A stretch of DNA of 64,000 bases. Origin: Eledone cirrhosa (taxonomy: Eukaryota). Below are positions 27,401-40,689 of the stretch, in pieces. The notes under the pieces are model-generated. The model was not told where the DNA came from, did not search any database, and saw only the letters and a list, made by a program, of their open reading frames with translations. The DNA lies in the NCBI GenBank assembly GCA_964016885.1, contig CAXHJY010001213.1, positions 1-64,000 of the forward strand, read 5' to 3'. Every line of letters starts with the position of its first letter. Positions within the stretch are counted from its first letter, which is position 1. The position numbers and the translations under genes are program-made.

Positions 27401-29242
27401 ACCGCTCTTTCAAACCAGTTCCTGTACACAGCTAAGTATTCTATAAGTCTCTAGCTGTGTCATTCTCGATAAAAGCACTGGATATGTAGTCCTGATGATT
27501 TCTAACGAGAATGAAACGCGTAGATTACTTCCCTTGCTTTTATCGAGAATCTAATTGTAATACGTGACGTATTCTATTCTATAGCGATTAGGTCTTCAAA
27601 ATGTTTATTATAAACATACAGAATATTTTCGAATATTCTATGTCTATATTCACATATATATCGCTATTTCAGAGCATTTATTCCAATTTCTAATTTCTGC
27701 CGGACCGGCAACCGCTCTTTCAAACCAGTTCCTGTACACAGCTAAGTATTCTATAAGTCTCTAGCTGTGTCATTCTCGATAAAAGCACTGGATATGTAGT
27801 CCTGATGATTTCTAACGAGAATGAAACGCGTAGATTACTTCCCTTGCTTTTATCGAGAATCTAATTGTAATACGTGACGTATTCTATTCTATAGCGATTA
27901 GGTCTTCAAAATGTTTATTATAAACATACAGAATATTTTCGAATATTCTATGTCTATATTCACATATATATCGCTATTTCAGAGCATTTATTCCAATTTC
28001 TAATTTCTGCCGGACCGGCAACCGCTCTTTCAAACCAGTTCCTGTACACAGCTAAGTATTCTATAAGTCTCTAGCTGTGTCATTCTCGATAAAAGCACTG
28101 GATATGTAGTCCTGATGATTTCTAACGAGAATGAAACGCGTAGATTACTTCCCTTGCTTTTATCGAGAATCTAATTGTAATACGTGACGTATTCTATTCT
28201 ATAGCGATTAGGTCTTCAAAATGTTTATTATAAACATACAGAATATTTTCGAATATTCTATGTCTATATTCACATATATATCGCTATTTCAGAGCATTTA
28301 TTCCAATTTCTAATTTCTGCCGGACCGGCAACCGCTCTTTCAAACCAGTTCCTGTACACAGCTAAGTATTCTATAAGTCTCTAGCTGTGTCATTCTCGAT
28401 AAAAGCACTGGATATGTAGTCCTGATGATTTCTAACGAGAATGAAACGCGTAGATTACTTCCCTTGCTTTTATCGAGAATCTAATTGTAATACGTGACGT
28501 ATTCTATTCTATAGCGATTAGGTCTTCAAAATGTTTATTATAAACATACAGAATATTTTCGAATATTCTATGTCTATATTCACATATATATCGCTATTTC
28601 AGAGCATTTATTCCAATTTCTAATTTCTGCCGGACCGGCAACCGCTCTTTCAAACCAGTTCCTGTACACAGCTAAGTATTCTATAAGTCTCTAGCTGTGT
28701 CATTCTCGATAAAAGCACTGGATATGTAGTCCTGATGATTTCTAACGAGAATGAAACGCGTAGATTACTTCCCTTGCTTTTATCGAGAATCTAATTGTAA
28801 TACGTGACGTATTCTATTCTATAGCGATTAGGTCTTCAAAATGTTTATTATAAACATACAGAATATTTTCGAATATTCTATGTCTATATTCACATATATA
28901 TCGCTATTTCAGAGCATTTATTCCAATTTCTAATTTCTGCCGGACCGGCAACCGCTCTTTCAAACCAGTTCCTGTACACAGCTAAGTATTCTATAAGTCT
29001 CTAGCTGTGTCATTCTCGATAAAAGCACTGGATATGTAGTCCTGATGATTTCTAACGAGAATGAAACGCGTAGATTACTTCCCTTGCTTTTATCGAGAAT
29101 CTAATTGTAATACGTGACGTATTCTATTCTATAGCGATTAGGTCTTCAAAATGTTTATTATAAACATACAGAATATTTTCGAATATTCTATGTCTATATT
29201 CACATATATATCGCTATTTCAGAGCATTTATTCCAATTTCTA
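24481..29242. repeat. 310-bp tandem array with internal inversion at 26346-26347; one HHR per unit (non-LTR retrozyme-like)
   Basis: Unit starts at 24481, 24791, 25101, 25411, 25721 and 26031 (HHR on -). About 9.3 units follow in the opposite orientation (HHR cores at 26562+310n up to 29042). Units look identical by eye. Confidence 0.95.
26532..26620 (+). ncRNA. Type I hammerhead ribozyme (family B), representative of 15 copies
   Basis: GTAGTC-CTGATGA-T TTCT AACG AGAA T-GAAA-CGCG-TA-GATTAC. Distal stem I ATTCTCGATAAAAGCA/TGCTTTTATCGAGAAT (16 bp) lies beyond an internal loop. Predicted GUA cleavage after 26592. Confidence 0.88.
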
Positions 29243-29346
29243 TATACATATATATATACATACATATATATATACATACATATATATATACATACATATA
29301 TATATACATACATATATATATACATACATATATATATACATACATA

Positions 29347-29385
<39 letters not shown>

Positions 29386-29431
29386 GCATACATACATATA
29401 TATATATACATATATATATATGCATACATAC

Positions 29432-29479
<48 letters not shown>

Positions 29480-29489
29480 GCATACATAC

Positions 29490-29556
<67 letters not shown>

Positions 29557-30092
29557 GGGATAGCGACCAAAAGTTTACCCTAAAATGGGAAAAATTAGCT
29601 AAAACCCAAAGCTTTTCCAGGAGCCAAAATTTCTGCAAATTGTGTAATCTTGAGATTTATTACATAATCACACACAAGAAGAAACTGCTGAATAACAGAA
29701 TTGAACGAACATTATTCTGCCGTCACAGAACTAAAACCCTTTTTTCCCACTACAAGCCGAATATTACATAAAAGAGGGACATCCCCCAACTATATAAACC
29801 TTAATCTAGTTAGAAAAATATAAAAACAATCTCTTCTCAACATATATTAATAACCTTAAATTACCATACTAATAATGAAAAGATATGCTGATGAGAATAG
29901 ATACAAATATGCGAGAATGAATGTGTCTAAAAACGTCCATAAGTATGTATATATATGTGAAAATGTATATAAATAAGTAAATATATATATATGTTTGATG
30001 TGTATAGTTAGATGTAAGTGTATTCATGTATTAAAGTGCTTATATATATATATGTATGTATATATGTGTATATGTATGTGTATGTATATATG

Positions 30093-30167
<75 letters not shown>

Positions 30168-30884
30168 ATGTATGTATATATGTGTATATGGATGTGTAAG
30201 TATGTGTATGTGTGTACACATGGACTAGAGTATGTATGTATATATGAGTGTGTCTATACGTGTGTATATAAAGATAAGTTGAGTATGAAAATGTATACAC
30301 ATGAGCGCGTATGTATGTATATGAATACATGTGTGTATATAAAAGTGTATGCATGTGTATATATATGTAAGTATGAATATGTGAATTGTGAGTATATGTA
30401 TTTTGTAGAGGTGTGCAAATATATTTGTGTGTGAATGCGTGGGTGAAAGGATACGTACACTTGAAAGAAAAATTTAAGTCTGAATGTTAATTAAGTGCAA
30501 ACACAAAACCAACCACGCATATCTTTACTATCTCTAATCCTTCTATAGATTTAGAAAAATAACCAATAATATATTCTATAAAAAATGTCAAAACAACAGA
30601 TGGGAATCTAATTACTCACTGCCACCAAGAATTCTCACTGCTATCGAAAAACCACTCCTTCAACTATTCTTCTAACAACTTCACCCCTCCCTCCTAATAT
30701 TCTCTATAAAAACTAAATAGGTCCTCAGTAATATTATTCTGATGAAATGACAGTAAATAATAACATTGAAATATTGAATGTCTGCATAACTAAAAGTTTG
30801 TAGATAGCTGTTTTAGGTTATGTAACTGTTATAGAAACACGTGTCAATAAATTCCTTTCAACTAAACTGTATCCATTCAAATCT

Positions 30885-30887
<3 letters not shown>
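29557..30887 (+). mobile_element. 3' fragment of a second, distinct Naiad-type PLE family
   Basis: 29557-29771 encodes [10 protein letters not shown]...CKLCNLE...LLNNRIE...CRHR, homologous to the C-terminus of the 5475 ORF. A microsatellite-rich 3' region follows and ends in (TA)n. The right boundary is approximate. Confidence 0.75.
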
Positions 30888-30953
<66 letters not shown>

Positions 30954-31018
30954 TACATACATATACATATATATATATATATACATACATATATATATAT
31001 ATATATACATACATACAT

Positions 31019-31075
<57 letters not shown>

Positions 31076-31139
31076 CAGGTTTAGCAAATAATGAAAAAGT
31101 TTCAAAATAAATTTTAAAAAATTGACCTATTGGCATATA

Positions 31140-32745
31140 TATATATATAAAGAGAGAGAGAGCGAGAGAGGAATTGTAAGGAAATAACTCCCATACATAT
31201 TTTTTTCTATAATTCTGAAGAATAGAAAAAAAAAAAAAAATTGGGTAAATGCTGTGGCTGATAATGCCTTTGAATTAATTTCTGTAAAAGATATTAATAT
31301 AAAAAACAAACAAACAAATCTTATAGATTCTATTTTTTTGAAAATTATAGTTGTTTGGGGTTGTTTCAGACCACAACCCATACAATAAAGTCCTTGCTAG
31401 GTCTGACCCAGATGCGTTATGGTTAATAGTTTGTTCCAGGCTTGGCCAACAAACATGGAGTGGCTAATTTGATTCGTATCTCTTCAGTTCTTTTAGCAAT
31501 ACAGTTTGTTAAACGTATTATTTGTTTCCCATACGAATCTTCAGCAACCCTCCACCTGATCTTTTGTAATAGTCTTTTACATAGATTGAGCCTTTTACAT
31601 TGAAGCTACTATAGACTAACTTGGGATCCCATAGTGGCCGATGGCATCTTCTTTTTCCGTCTATTAAGGGTCTTCCCCCTATTTTATAAGCTACTTCATC
31701 GCATCTCTACGGATGAGAACACCATCCTTTACATTATTAATTCAATAAAAATTATATATTGGTTTTGGTTTAAATTAAAACGCAGAAAAATAATCATATA
31801 TTATATTTGGCTTCAATGAAATAGAAACAGAAAAAGTCCAAGCAATGATACATAAATCCTTACTGTTATACATTAGTTAATTGAAAGTACATTTAAATGT
31901 ATCATTTATGACTTGAGTAAAAAAAAAAAATGAACTTGATAACTTGTTAAGTCCTGGCGAAGATTCGTAACCGTCATTTGCTGGCCTTGTGCCTAACGTA
32001 GAAACAATTATTGATTTAATTATATTATTTTTTTTATTTAAAGGCGGTGGATTGGCAGTATTGGTAGAGCGTCGCACAACAATCTTAGCGACATAGAGTT
32101 ACAGCCCTTTATGTTCTGAGTTCAAATCCCGCCGAGGTTAGCTTTGCCTTTAATCATTTACAGAGTCGATAAAATAAAGCACCAGTAATGTAGTGGTGTT
32201 GATTTAATCGACTTTCCCTCCCTTAAAATTGTTGGCCTTGTGTCTAAATAGAAACAATTATTTTTTATTTAAGTGCAATAAATAAAATAATATACATAAT
32301 TGTTTCTACTTTTGGCACAAGGCCAGCAATTATTCCAGTGCATTACCGTACTTTATTTTATCGATCCCGTAAGGATGAAAGGCAAAGTTAACCTCGAAGG
32401 GGACTTGAACTCAGATCGTAATTCTATGCTGCAAAGCATGGCGTCCGACCCTCTAACGATACTGCCAATAATAATAATTTGTTCTATTTCACAGAAAAAA
32501 ATAATATATTTAAATGAATTTATAGATGAGATTTCAATACCTGTCGGGACCGAGGAAAGAATGAAATAATTAGTTTTAAAATTTCAGCTGAGTAAAACTT
32601 TATATACAATTATTTTATTTAGATGAGGTGTCTCAAACATGTTGCCGGCAAACTACTTTTCTATGGCCCACAGCAGAACAATTTTCGCGACAATTTAAGG
32701 AAAATGTTCAACAGAAATTTTGTCCTCCTATATATTATATTAATT
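31140..32745 (+). repeat. ~1.6 kb segment directly duplicated at ~44050-45665
   Basis: Near-identical sequence (ORF-track pairs 31634/44573 and 32300/45219), including the same SINE pair. Confidence 0.9.
32043..32470. mobile_element. Tail-to-tail pair of tRNA-derived SINEs with Meta-type core (32043-32262 +, 32297-32470 -)
   Basis: Head GGCGGTGGATTGGCAGTATTGGTAGAGC, B-box GAGTTCAAATCC, core resembling GCCTTTCATCCTTACGGGGTCGATAAAATAAAGTACCAG, tail GGCCTTGTGCC..AGAAACAAT. Confidence 0.85.
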
Positions 32746-33194
32746 CATGTATCTGTAAGATATATTTTTGATCGCCAAGTGAACTTGAATAAACACGCAG
32801 TTCACATAATTTTAACAGACCATTTGCACATGCCTTGCCCAAACAGTTTGGAGGTCTCGGTTTGAGTAAATAACATCTCTGTCTCTACCTGCTTTCTTTC
32901 CTCCATCCACGTTTGCTCCCTTTTAGTGAACATCCTCTCCTTTCCAACATGGACTAGTTCCACCAGGGAGATGGAGGAAGTTTTAATTCAGTGGATAGAG
33001 CTGGGTTTGTCAGTTCCTGATACTGACAACGATAGACGGAAGCAGAGAGTATGGGCAATCTTCGTTCGAGCGAAACATTTAACTTTAAACTATCATAAGG
33101 TTTAGTTGGTATTTATCTTTCAACATGCCTTTAGGCTCTTTATTTTAGATGAAAAAGAATGAGATGCTATGATTTATTTTTTAGGATCTCAATA

Positions 33195-33740
33195 AATAAT
33201 TGTTTCTACTTTATTTAGCACAACGCCAGCAATCTGAAGAGGAGGGGAAAGTCGATTAAATCGACTCCAGTACTTACTGGTGCTTTACCCCGTAAGGATG
33301 AAAGGCAAAGTTAACCTCGACGGGATTTGACTCAATAAATAATTGTTTCTACTTTTGGCACAAGGCCTGCAAATTTTACAGTGCATTACTGGTACTTTAT
33401 TTTATCGACCGCGTAAGGATGAAAGGCAAAGTTAACCTCGACGGGATATGAAAAATCAACGCAAGTAAAGTTTCATCGACCCCATCCTTACGGGGTCGAT
33501 AAAATAAAACACCAGTAATACACTGGGATAATTGCTGGCCTTGTGCCAAAAGTAAAAACAATTATTTATTTGACTCAATAAATAATTGTTTCTACTTTTG
33601 GCACAAGGCCAGCAATTACCCAGTACATTACTGGTACTTTATTTTATCGACCCGTAAGGATGAAAGGCAAAGTTAACCTCGGCGGGATTTGAACTCAGAT
33701 CGTAACTACGCTGGAAGACGTAACTTGCGTTGATTTTTCA
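33195..33740. mobile_element. Cluster of four partial SINE copies with a local inversion
   Basis: Repeated AATTGTTTCTACTTT..GCACAA tails at ~33198, 33341 and 33584 (-), plus a + copy at 33474-33565. GAAAAATCAACGCAAGT at 33450 is inverted at 33723. Confidence 0.8.
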
Positions 33741-34408
33741 TTTTGTTTCATTCACTGTTCCTGTTTAAGCCCACCAAAACCGGCTCTGGTTCTATGAAAC
33801 AAAACCACCCTTTTTAAAGAGGTCCTATTTAATCCCTTTAATACCTACCCACACAAAATTAGCTCTGCTTATAAGAAAGAAAAGTACCAATTTTAAAGGG
33901 TGCCTATTTAACCCTTTTATACCAATCTACCTAAAACTATCCCTGGTTCTACGAAACTAAACCACCGATTTTATATAAGAACCATATGTTAAGTGACTAT
34001 CTTAGTTACGAAATAATGAATAATTTTAGAAATTCGCTCAAATGTCTTCATTACTTAATTTAAGCGGAATGTATTTCATTAGAAATATGGTCATGGCCAC
34101 GAAAGTGTTAAACTTGTGAGTGTGCTTTTTCGTTGTTGACAATCTATGTTCTGTAACTGACGAATTCAGAATCACCGTGGTTGGCGGCTAAGACGAAGAA
34201 AAAGGCACGCCTTTTGATAATTTCTGTTAGATTCGAAGCTTCTATGTTGCGGATTAAAAAACAGAGGATATTTAGTTAAAGTTTAAGCCACTTATGTTTC
34301 TTAAAAGATTTGTTCTCAAATAGCTGACGCACTCTATTATATTTGTGGTGACTTACGAAAGCCAATTACTTGTGACACATCTCTTAAGTGTAGGAAGAGA
34401 TAAATATA

Positions 34409-34757
34409 CAGGGTAGTCCGAAAGTGTTATCACCCCTTGTCACATATTGTTTTAACTTTCATTATTCTATGTTTTAATAATATAATATATAATATCATTA
34501 ATTATAATTAATTATAATATATAACAATAATAATATAATTTTCTATTTTAGAGCTCTTACAGTTTGGGAGAGAGGCTGCTTGCAAGTGTATTGACATGAT
34601 CGTGTGCATTCTGGCAAGAGCATGGAGGATGTGCGACATGACTTCACTGCAAGGATCGGCAAACCAGCTCCTCCGAAGAGGACGACACTGCGATGGGAAC
34701 ATAAATTGTTTCTCATTACTTTTTGGTAGGGGGTGACAAGACTTTCGGACTACCCTA
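34409..34757. mobile_element. Tc1/mariner internally deleted derivative (MITE-like)
   Basis: TA|CAGGGTAGTCCGAAAGT..TCACCCC and GGGGTGA..ACTTTCGGACTACCCTA|TA form ~30 bp imperfect TIRs with a TA target duplication. Confidence 0.8.
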
Positions 34758-35479
34758 TACAATACTAAGAAGGGCCGCTTGTGGAATGTCTGGGAACAGT
34801 GTGAAGTATTTTGTGGTCGTGAAGAGCAAGCCAATAATTATGACGTGGTATTTTTATATACATTCTCAACATAAGTTAGGAAGGGCTTTATGAACGAAAA
34901 AAGTCAAGGTAGAGACATGTCCTTATGTACACAACAAATAAAACTTTACATAAACATAATATCCAAAATGAATTTCAAAATACCGATGTAATTATGTCAC
35001 CGTTATAATGATTTCATATTACCTGTTTATCTTATTTCCCGGTAACTTGAAATTGAAAAAATAAATTAAACTCTACAAACCTCGTCTTCTAAGAAACAAA
35101 TTGTATCTTCTCTAGAATCGAAAAGAGGGGAAGATAACTCAAATATAAAAAAAAGAAGTTAATGATGGGAGAGAACTCAGAAGTGAGAATTTCCGAGAAG
35201 AATACTTTAGCGCGGTCCGTGACAGTCCAACATAAAGCCACCCGACAATTAGTCCCCACAGCAGTATCAGCGAACTCCTGGAAAGTCAATAGAGACGTAG
35301 AAGTCGGAATCACTACCAGCCCCATACTATTCTGCAATACTACTGTGTAAATTAGTCATGTATATATTGTTCCGTATCTCCTAGTGTAGTCGTAGGGGCA
35401 CTGTAATGACATTGACCGTTTCTTGGACATTTTAAAGCCTGGTGGAGTCCCTCTCCAAGCTATTAGTCACACATATATA

Positions 35480-35585
35480 GTGAAGGCGTGTGGTTGATTG
35501 GTTAAAGAACAGGATTCTCAATCGTGAGGTTATCAGTTTGATTCTTGGACCGGGTGATGTGTTATGTCCTTGAGCAACATTGTTT
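35480..35585 (+). mobile_element. tRNA-derived SINE, second family (CORE-like motif), partial
   Basis: GTGAAGGCGTGTGG...GGACCGGGTGATGTGTTATGTCCTTGAGCAA. Related copies at 40195-40340 (-), 43090-43352 (-) and 45750-45950 (+). Confidence 0.65.
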
Positions 35586-36039
35586 CCTCGGTCTGATTTG
35601 ACGAAAGTCGGTTGACAATTTTTTTTTTATTGTTAAAATCTTAATGCGTTGAAAAAAATAAACATTGTGTGTGTGCGGGGTGGGGGTTCGGTAATTATAA
35701 AGTGTATGTTCGTAAATATGGGATTTCTTGTAATGTTCCTTTTTTTTTTTTTTTTTTTTTATTACATAGTGTTTTATAATCAAAATAAAATTATTATAAG
35801 ATTCTCCAGCTGCTGTATCAATAGGAATCACTTATAAAATTTCGCCGGAGATAGATTAGTAAAATTTAATAAGCGAAGGGGCTTAGAAAAAAATTTGAAA
35901 AATCAATAAACGGATGTGGGGGGATTAATCAAGACCTGAGAGTATACAACTTTTATTTCAATATCGTATTACATGTTTTATATTTCTCTATGCATTATTT
36001 GTTTCATATCCTCAAGCTTTAGGCTATTAAATAGGTTTA

Positions 36040-36937
36040 TTTACAATAGATTATAACTTTGTCTATTAATTTGTAAGGTGAGCAAATGGGGTCCCACGTG
36101 CTGGCATCCCCACATCCCCTGCGGACAAGATGAAGAAGGTATTTCTCCGGCGGTTGGTAAGGGAGATGCGCTGGAAGAGCCATTCCAACTCGCGAGGCTC
36201 ACACCTGCGGCTGGCCATCTCAGCACCTATGGTGGTGAATAGGGAGGTAGCCCTAGGGCCAAGGACACCAGAAGTCTCCACTGCCAAGGGCACGACCGCG
36301 AACCTATCGGAGAGTGACCGGTACTTGGAGAGTTTGGCCTCCTCAGCCCGACGTGCAGCAGTACCTGGGTTAGTCGCAGACTGCACCAGCTTGCGGCTCG
36401 AGAAAGTGTCGCTGCAACTGGCATCCCAGACGAGCGATTTGCCACCGCGGAACGGGAAGATGGTCATACCGTCTGGCCTTTTGCCATCCCTCGGTCGAGC
36501 CCCACCGACTCGAGCTGGGAGGGGAAGTCTGCAGCGTCCAAGCCATGCTTATTGACCCCGTTGAGTGCAGCATGACGTAGAAAGCGGCCGGCACTGTGGT
36601 GACAGGAAAGCGAGTGGAAGCCGAAAGAGTCCACGGTGGATCCACAGCGACATTTATGTGGCTTGCAGATCCGGAGTCCAAACCTCAAGAAAACGCCGAT
36701 GCGCAAGGCATGGAGCAAGGCATGGAGCCAGGCACCACTGTGGGGTTTGGAGGCAGCGCGAAAACAGGCAAGGCGGTGCTGGTCGAGCTGGCGCGTGAGC
36801 CTGTCTGAGGCCAGGCTGCACTGGATGGCATCCCATACGCGTTGGGGGAGAAGGAGGAGGGACGTCTACTGGGGTAAGTCCCAGCCTGTCCCACGTCTCA
36901 TAGGCGACCTCACGCTCCCTGAACACAGAGGGTTCTA
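36040..36937 (-). pseudogene. CRE-clade non-LTR retrotransposon 3' fragment (zinc knuckle + RLE), frameshifted
   Basis: CRCGSTVDSFGFHSLSC, RHAALN, MTIFPFRGGKSLVWDASC, PLAVETSG. Paralogous to 59093-60635. Confidence 0.85.
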
Positions 36938-36990
36938 TTATTTGCTCAAATAATTATAAATAATAAAATACTCAAAATTACATATGTAAA

Positions 36991-37107
36991 TAATTGTTTC
37001 TACTTTTGGCACAAGGCCAACAATTATATCAGTGCATTACTGGTACTTTATTTTATCGACCCCGTAAGGATGAAAGGCAAAGTTAACCTCGATGGGATTT
37101 GAACTCT
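36991..37107 (-). mobile_element. Meta-type SINE, partial
   Basis: Tail and core motifs as at 32043. Confidence 0.8.
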
Positions 37108-37762
37108 GACGATCTAAAAGCTGTACTAACTAGGCAATTTGATTTTCTGTTGGATTTTATAAAGTAATTCGATACAAAAAAATATCTGTAGTCTGTATCA
37201 GACTCACCGTTGACATAAGGAGAATAACTATGCTACAACTGTACCACGGCGCCAATCGCCAGTATAGATCTTATTCTGAATACTTACCATTGCGTACAGA
37301 GAAACCGTCGATTTTTGTTAGGTTTCTTCATGAGTGACACTCGGAAGTCTCCTCCTATTGCGGAGTTTTCTTTTGCTTAAATTCTTTGTTTGTTATTTTT
37401 GAGATATTTTTTTTTACACGAAAACACCTACAATATTTCATCCTGTACCAGTGGTCACGTAGGAGAAGGCACACAGAGAACGAACGCTAGGGTCCCTGGA
37501 AAGCGAGAAGGACCCTCCGTAGCTCAACGATGTTGATCGACGAGGTTTGAGGAAGCATTAAACAGGATCCCTGTCTCGTCTGGGTGACAGTGAATGGCTG
37601 AAGCTGCACAGGCGAGGGGAAGAGGCAGCTGCTACAGCGTCACATTAATAAAGCATTTGAAGTTTGTTGTGTAAGATAGACACAAGAGAAGTGGTGAAAC
37701 ATACCGCACCCTGAACATTTCCAGGCTTCCTATCTTTTTTAAGTAATACATACATACATACA

Positions 37763-37839
<77 letters not shown>

Positions 37840-37957
37840 TGTGTGTATATGTATATATGTATATATATATATACATATTTGCTCTACGGTTCTTATATAT
37901 TTGATATTTATCTCTATCGAGCCCTCTTTGGGTTTTAGTCTTCAAATTTATTATTAC

Positions 37958-38004
<47 letters not shown>

Positions 38005-38309
38005 AATAACATAAATACATACATATATATATATATATAATATATATATACATGTATATATATATATACACACACTTAAGAAGTGGTGAAACATACCGCA
38101 CCCTGAACATTTTAAGGCTTCCTATCTTTGTAAAGTAATATATACATACATATATATATATATATATATACCTTTATATATATATATATATACACATATA
38201 TATATATTTCAGAGTAAAAAATAATTTATAGACGGCATTTCCATACCTGTCGGGACTCAGGAAATAGTAAAATATTTTTTAAAAATTTCAGTTAAGTGAA
38301 ACAAATATT

Positions 38310-40035
38310 TTCTAGCTGGTTGTTTTCTTAATACTCAGCGAAATAGTTTACTTTACTTTTCTAACGAAACAAATTTCAGTTTTCGAAAGTTAAACAACGC
38401 CAACGTTTTGTTACTATGTTAGTTGCATTCCTACCAGTCTAACGCTTTGTGTTGTTGTTGCTATTGTCTAGAAGACATTTTATTTCTTATATCACTTTTT
38501 ACTTCTGGAATTAGTCTTGCTATTCGAGTGGCGAATTACTTCAACTTCTGTTCAACATCTCAGCTTCTATTCTTCGGTTTCTTTGGACTGTTTTTCAATC
38601 AAACCTACCCCAAGTCCCACACACACATTATATATAATAATATATATATATATTAATATATATATATATTAATATATATATATATTAAAATAACAGTTTA
38701 AAGTTTTAGCAAAGAATCGCTGCTTTCACCCTTAACCGGATCTTTGCTTAAACTTTAATCTGTTATTTTAATAAATATTTTTTCAATGACAAATATAACA
38801 AACTAGTGAATATCATAAACATGCATTTATTCAATATACACAAACAATTTTCGTAACATTATTCATTCCATTAACAAACATTTTGCTGCTGCATTTGAAT
38901 CATTCGCTCTTTATAGAATCTGAAAGAAATAAAAAATGAGTTGTATTTTTCATCTGGACATCGGCAGATATGAACTAGAAAAAATCTATTTCCAACACAT
39001 ATTCACCGATGTCTAGATTAATAATATGTGTGTATGTATGCATGTGTGTGCGTTTCTTATCGAAGGCCTTCACTCCCGAGGGGAGCCATTGTGTATTGGT
39101 GTTCAGTCTTCTCCAGTTTTCGATTTTTTTTGGTATCGAGAGTAAATCTCTTGTCTTCTCGGAAGCCCCAGGTTTCCTGCCCTGGAAGAGCCTGGTCAAG
39201 AGTTCATACAGCGCGTGCGGCTGTACCGTACACCTTGCAACTAGGTTACAGGGGGTGTTTAAGAACCCAAGACTGCCTGGTAAACGTCGAAAACAAGGTG
39301 AAGATGACTGCTACTTCACACTAGTCTTCAAGACGGACTCAACTACAAACCATATCGGGTTACCCGTGGCAGTAGACTGATTAATTATTTCAAATCACAT
39401 CTATTTATAACCTTCTATAGACGTTATAAGCATTATGACGTCATAATGACAATAGGGAAAATTTTAAATGTTAAGTTTTCAATTATTTTTTTCTTCTTTT
39501 TTTTGCAAAAAAACAATATTTATTTATGAATAACTAATCCCCCCCCCTCACCTCCCCATTCTTCTTTGACACTAGAGTCGTTGCCATTCCCCACCGCCTT
39601 TCCGTTTTCTCTCTCGTTTTTTCTTTATATTTTCCTATTTTAGATTGCATTAATAAAGGAAAGAGTAATAAATAGATAAATAAATAAATAAAAGGGAAAG
39701 CAAAATGTTGTGTGGTGAGGATGAAACCCTGTACATATGGCCGGGTGGCATATTTCAGCTGTGTCTAGCAGACAAGGTGGCAAAAATATTGTCACAATGA
39801 ACAATTGACGATACCCATCATTCCTTTCAACTGGAGGACTCATTTCTCAGTTTTTGATGCTTTCGTCCCGATTTGACAGACGAAAACGACAGTCCGGGTA
39901 TTGAACAGACCAAATGTTTGAATGTCGACTGACACAAAAAGGGGTCAGTCAATTTATGTCTTGTTCATTTTCCACTCCCTTACATTGTAAGAGTTAGATT
40001 TGACAAGTTTTCAGATTTAAATCAGGGGTTTGGAA
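38310..40035 (+). repeat. Segment duplicated in inverted orientation at ~46095-48608 (with indels and insertions)
   Basis: ORF-track pairs 39009+/46665- are near-identical. 38310-38575 matches rc 48290-48608, and 39700-40035 matches rc 46095-46420. Confidence 0.88.
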
Positions 40036-40074
40036 TTCAAGGACTCAAAAGGTCCATTACGCCCTGGGGAAGAG

Positions 40075-40106
<32 letters not shown>

Positions 40107-40384
40107 CAGCTCACACCTATGCAGGTTTAGCTGGCCTCCTCCAAGGTTGGAGGTGTCTTGGGTAATTTAATGATAGGGACCACAGTCCTATTATCTCATT
40201 TCTACAGTTGAGTAAATTGGAGCAACGTGAAAAAAAGTGTCTTGCTCAAGGAAACAACACATCACCCGGTCCGAGAATTGAACTCACAAACTTTTAATTG
40301 CAAGCCTAATGCTCTAACCACTAAGCCATGCGCCTTCACAAGAGGTACTGTTGACTAAAGGTGAGGCATGATTTCCACCATTTA

Positions 40385-40562
40385 TAATTGTTTCTACTTT
40401 TGGCACAAGGCCAGCAATTTACTCAGTACATTACTGGTATTTTATTTTATAGACCCCGTAAGGATAAAAGGCAAGGTTAATCTCGACAGGATTTGAACTC
40501 AGACCGTAAAGGGACGTAACTATGCTGGAAAGCATGGCGTCCGACCCTCTACCGATACAGCA
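40385..40562 (-). mobile_element. Meta-type SINE
   Basis: Tail, core, B-box and head motifs. Confidence 0.8.
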
Positions 40563-40689
40563 AATTTCCACCATTTATAATGATAATCTGCAATACAGCT
40601 GAAAATCTCCCGGAACAGACTAGTGACTGGTTAGTTCGTTATCGTCGACGCCGAGATCGCCCCACCCTCGAGAACGTCGTCGTACTTGT

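Noticed and set aside
24481-29242. CRISPR-like array or plain centromeric satellite
   Set aside because: There are no unique spacers or cas genes and the context is eukaryotic. The HHR in every unit and the inversion geometry fit a retrozyme better.
29880-29935. CTGATGA near 29888 as a hammerhead core
   Set aside because: No downstream GAAA with paired stems.
31505-31555. Minus-strand CTGAAGA...GAAAC hammerhead-like motif (also in the duplicate near 44460)
   Set aside because: Stems II and III are too weak; likely chance.
33760-33970. Three ~90-bp degenerate repeats; also three loose repeats at 49900-50210
   Set aside because: Too decayed to assign; probably old transposon subterminal repeats or minisatellites.
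39009-39380. 123-aa ORF conserved in two copies as a host gene
   Set aside because: Conservation is explained by recent duplication. There are no recognisable motifs, and the ORF starts in microsatellite.
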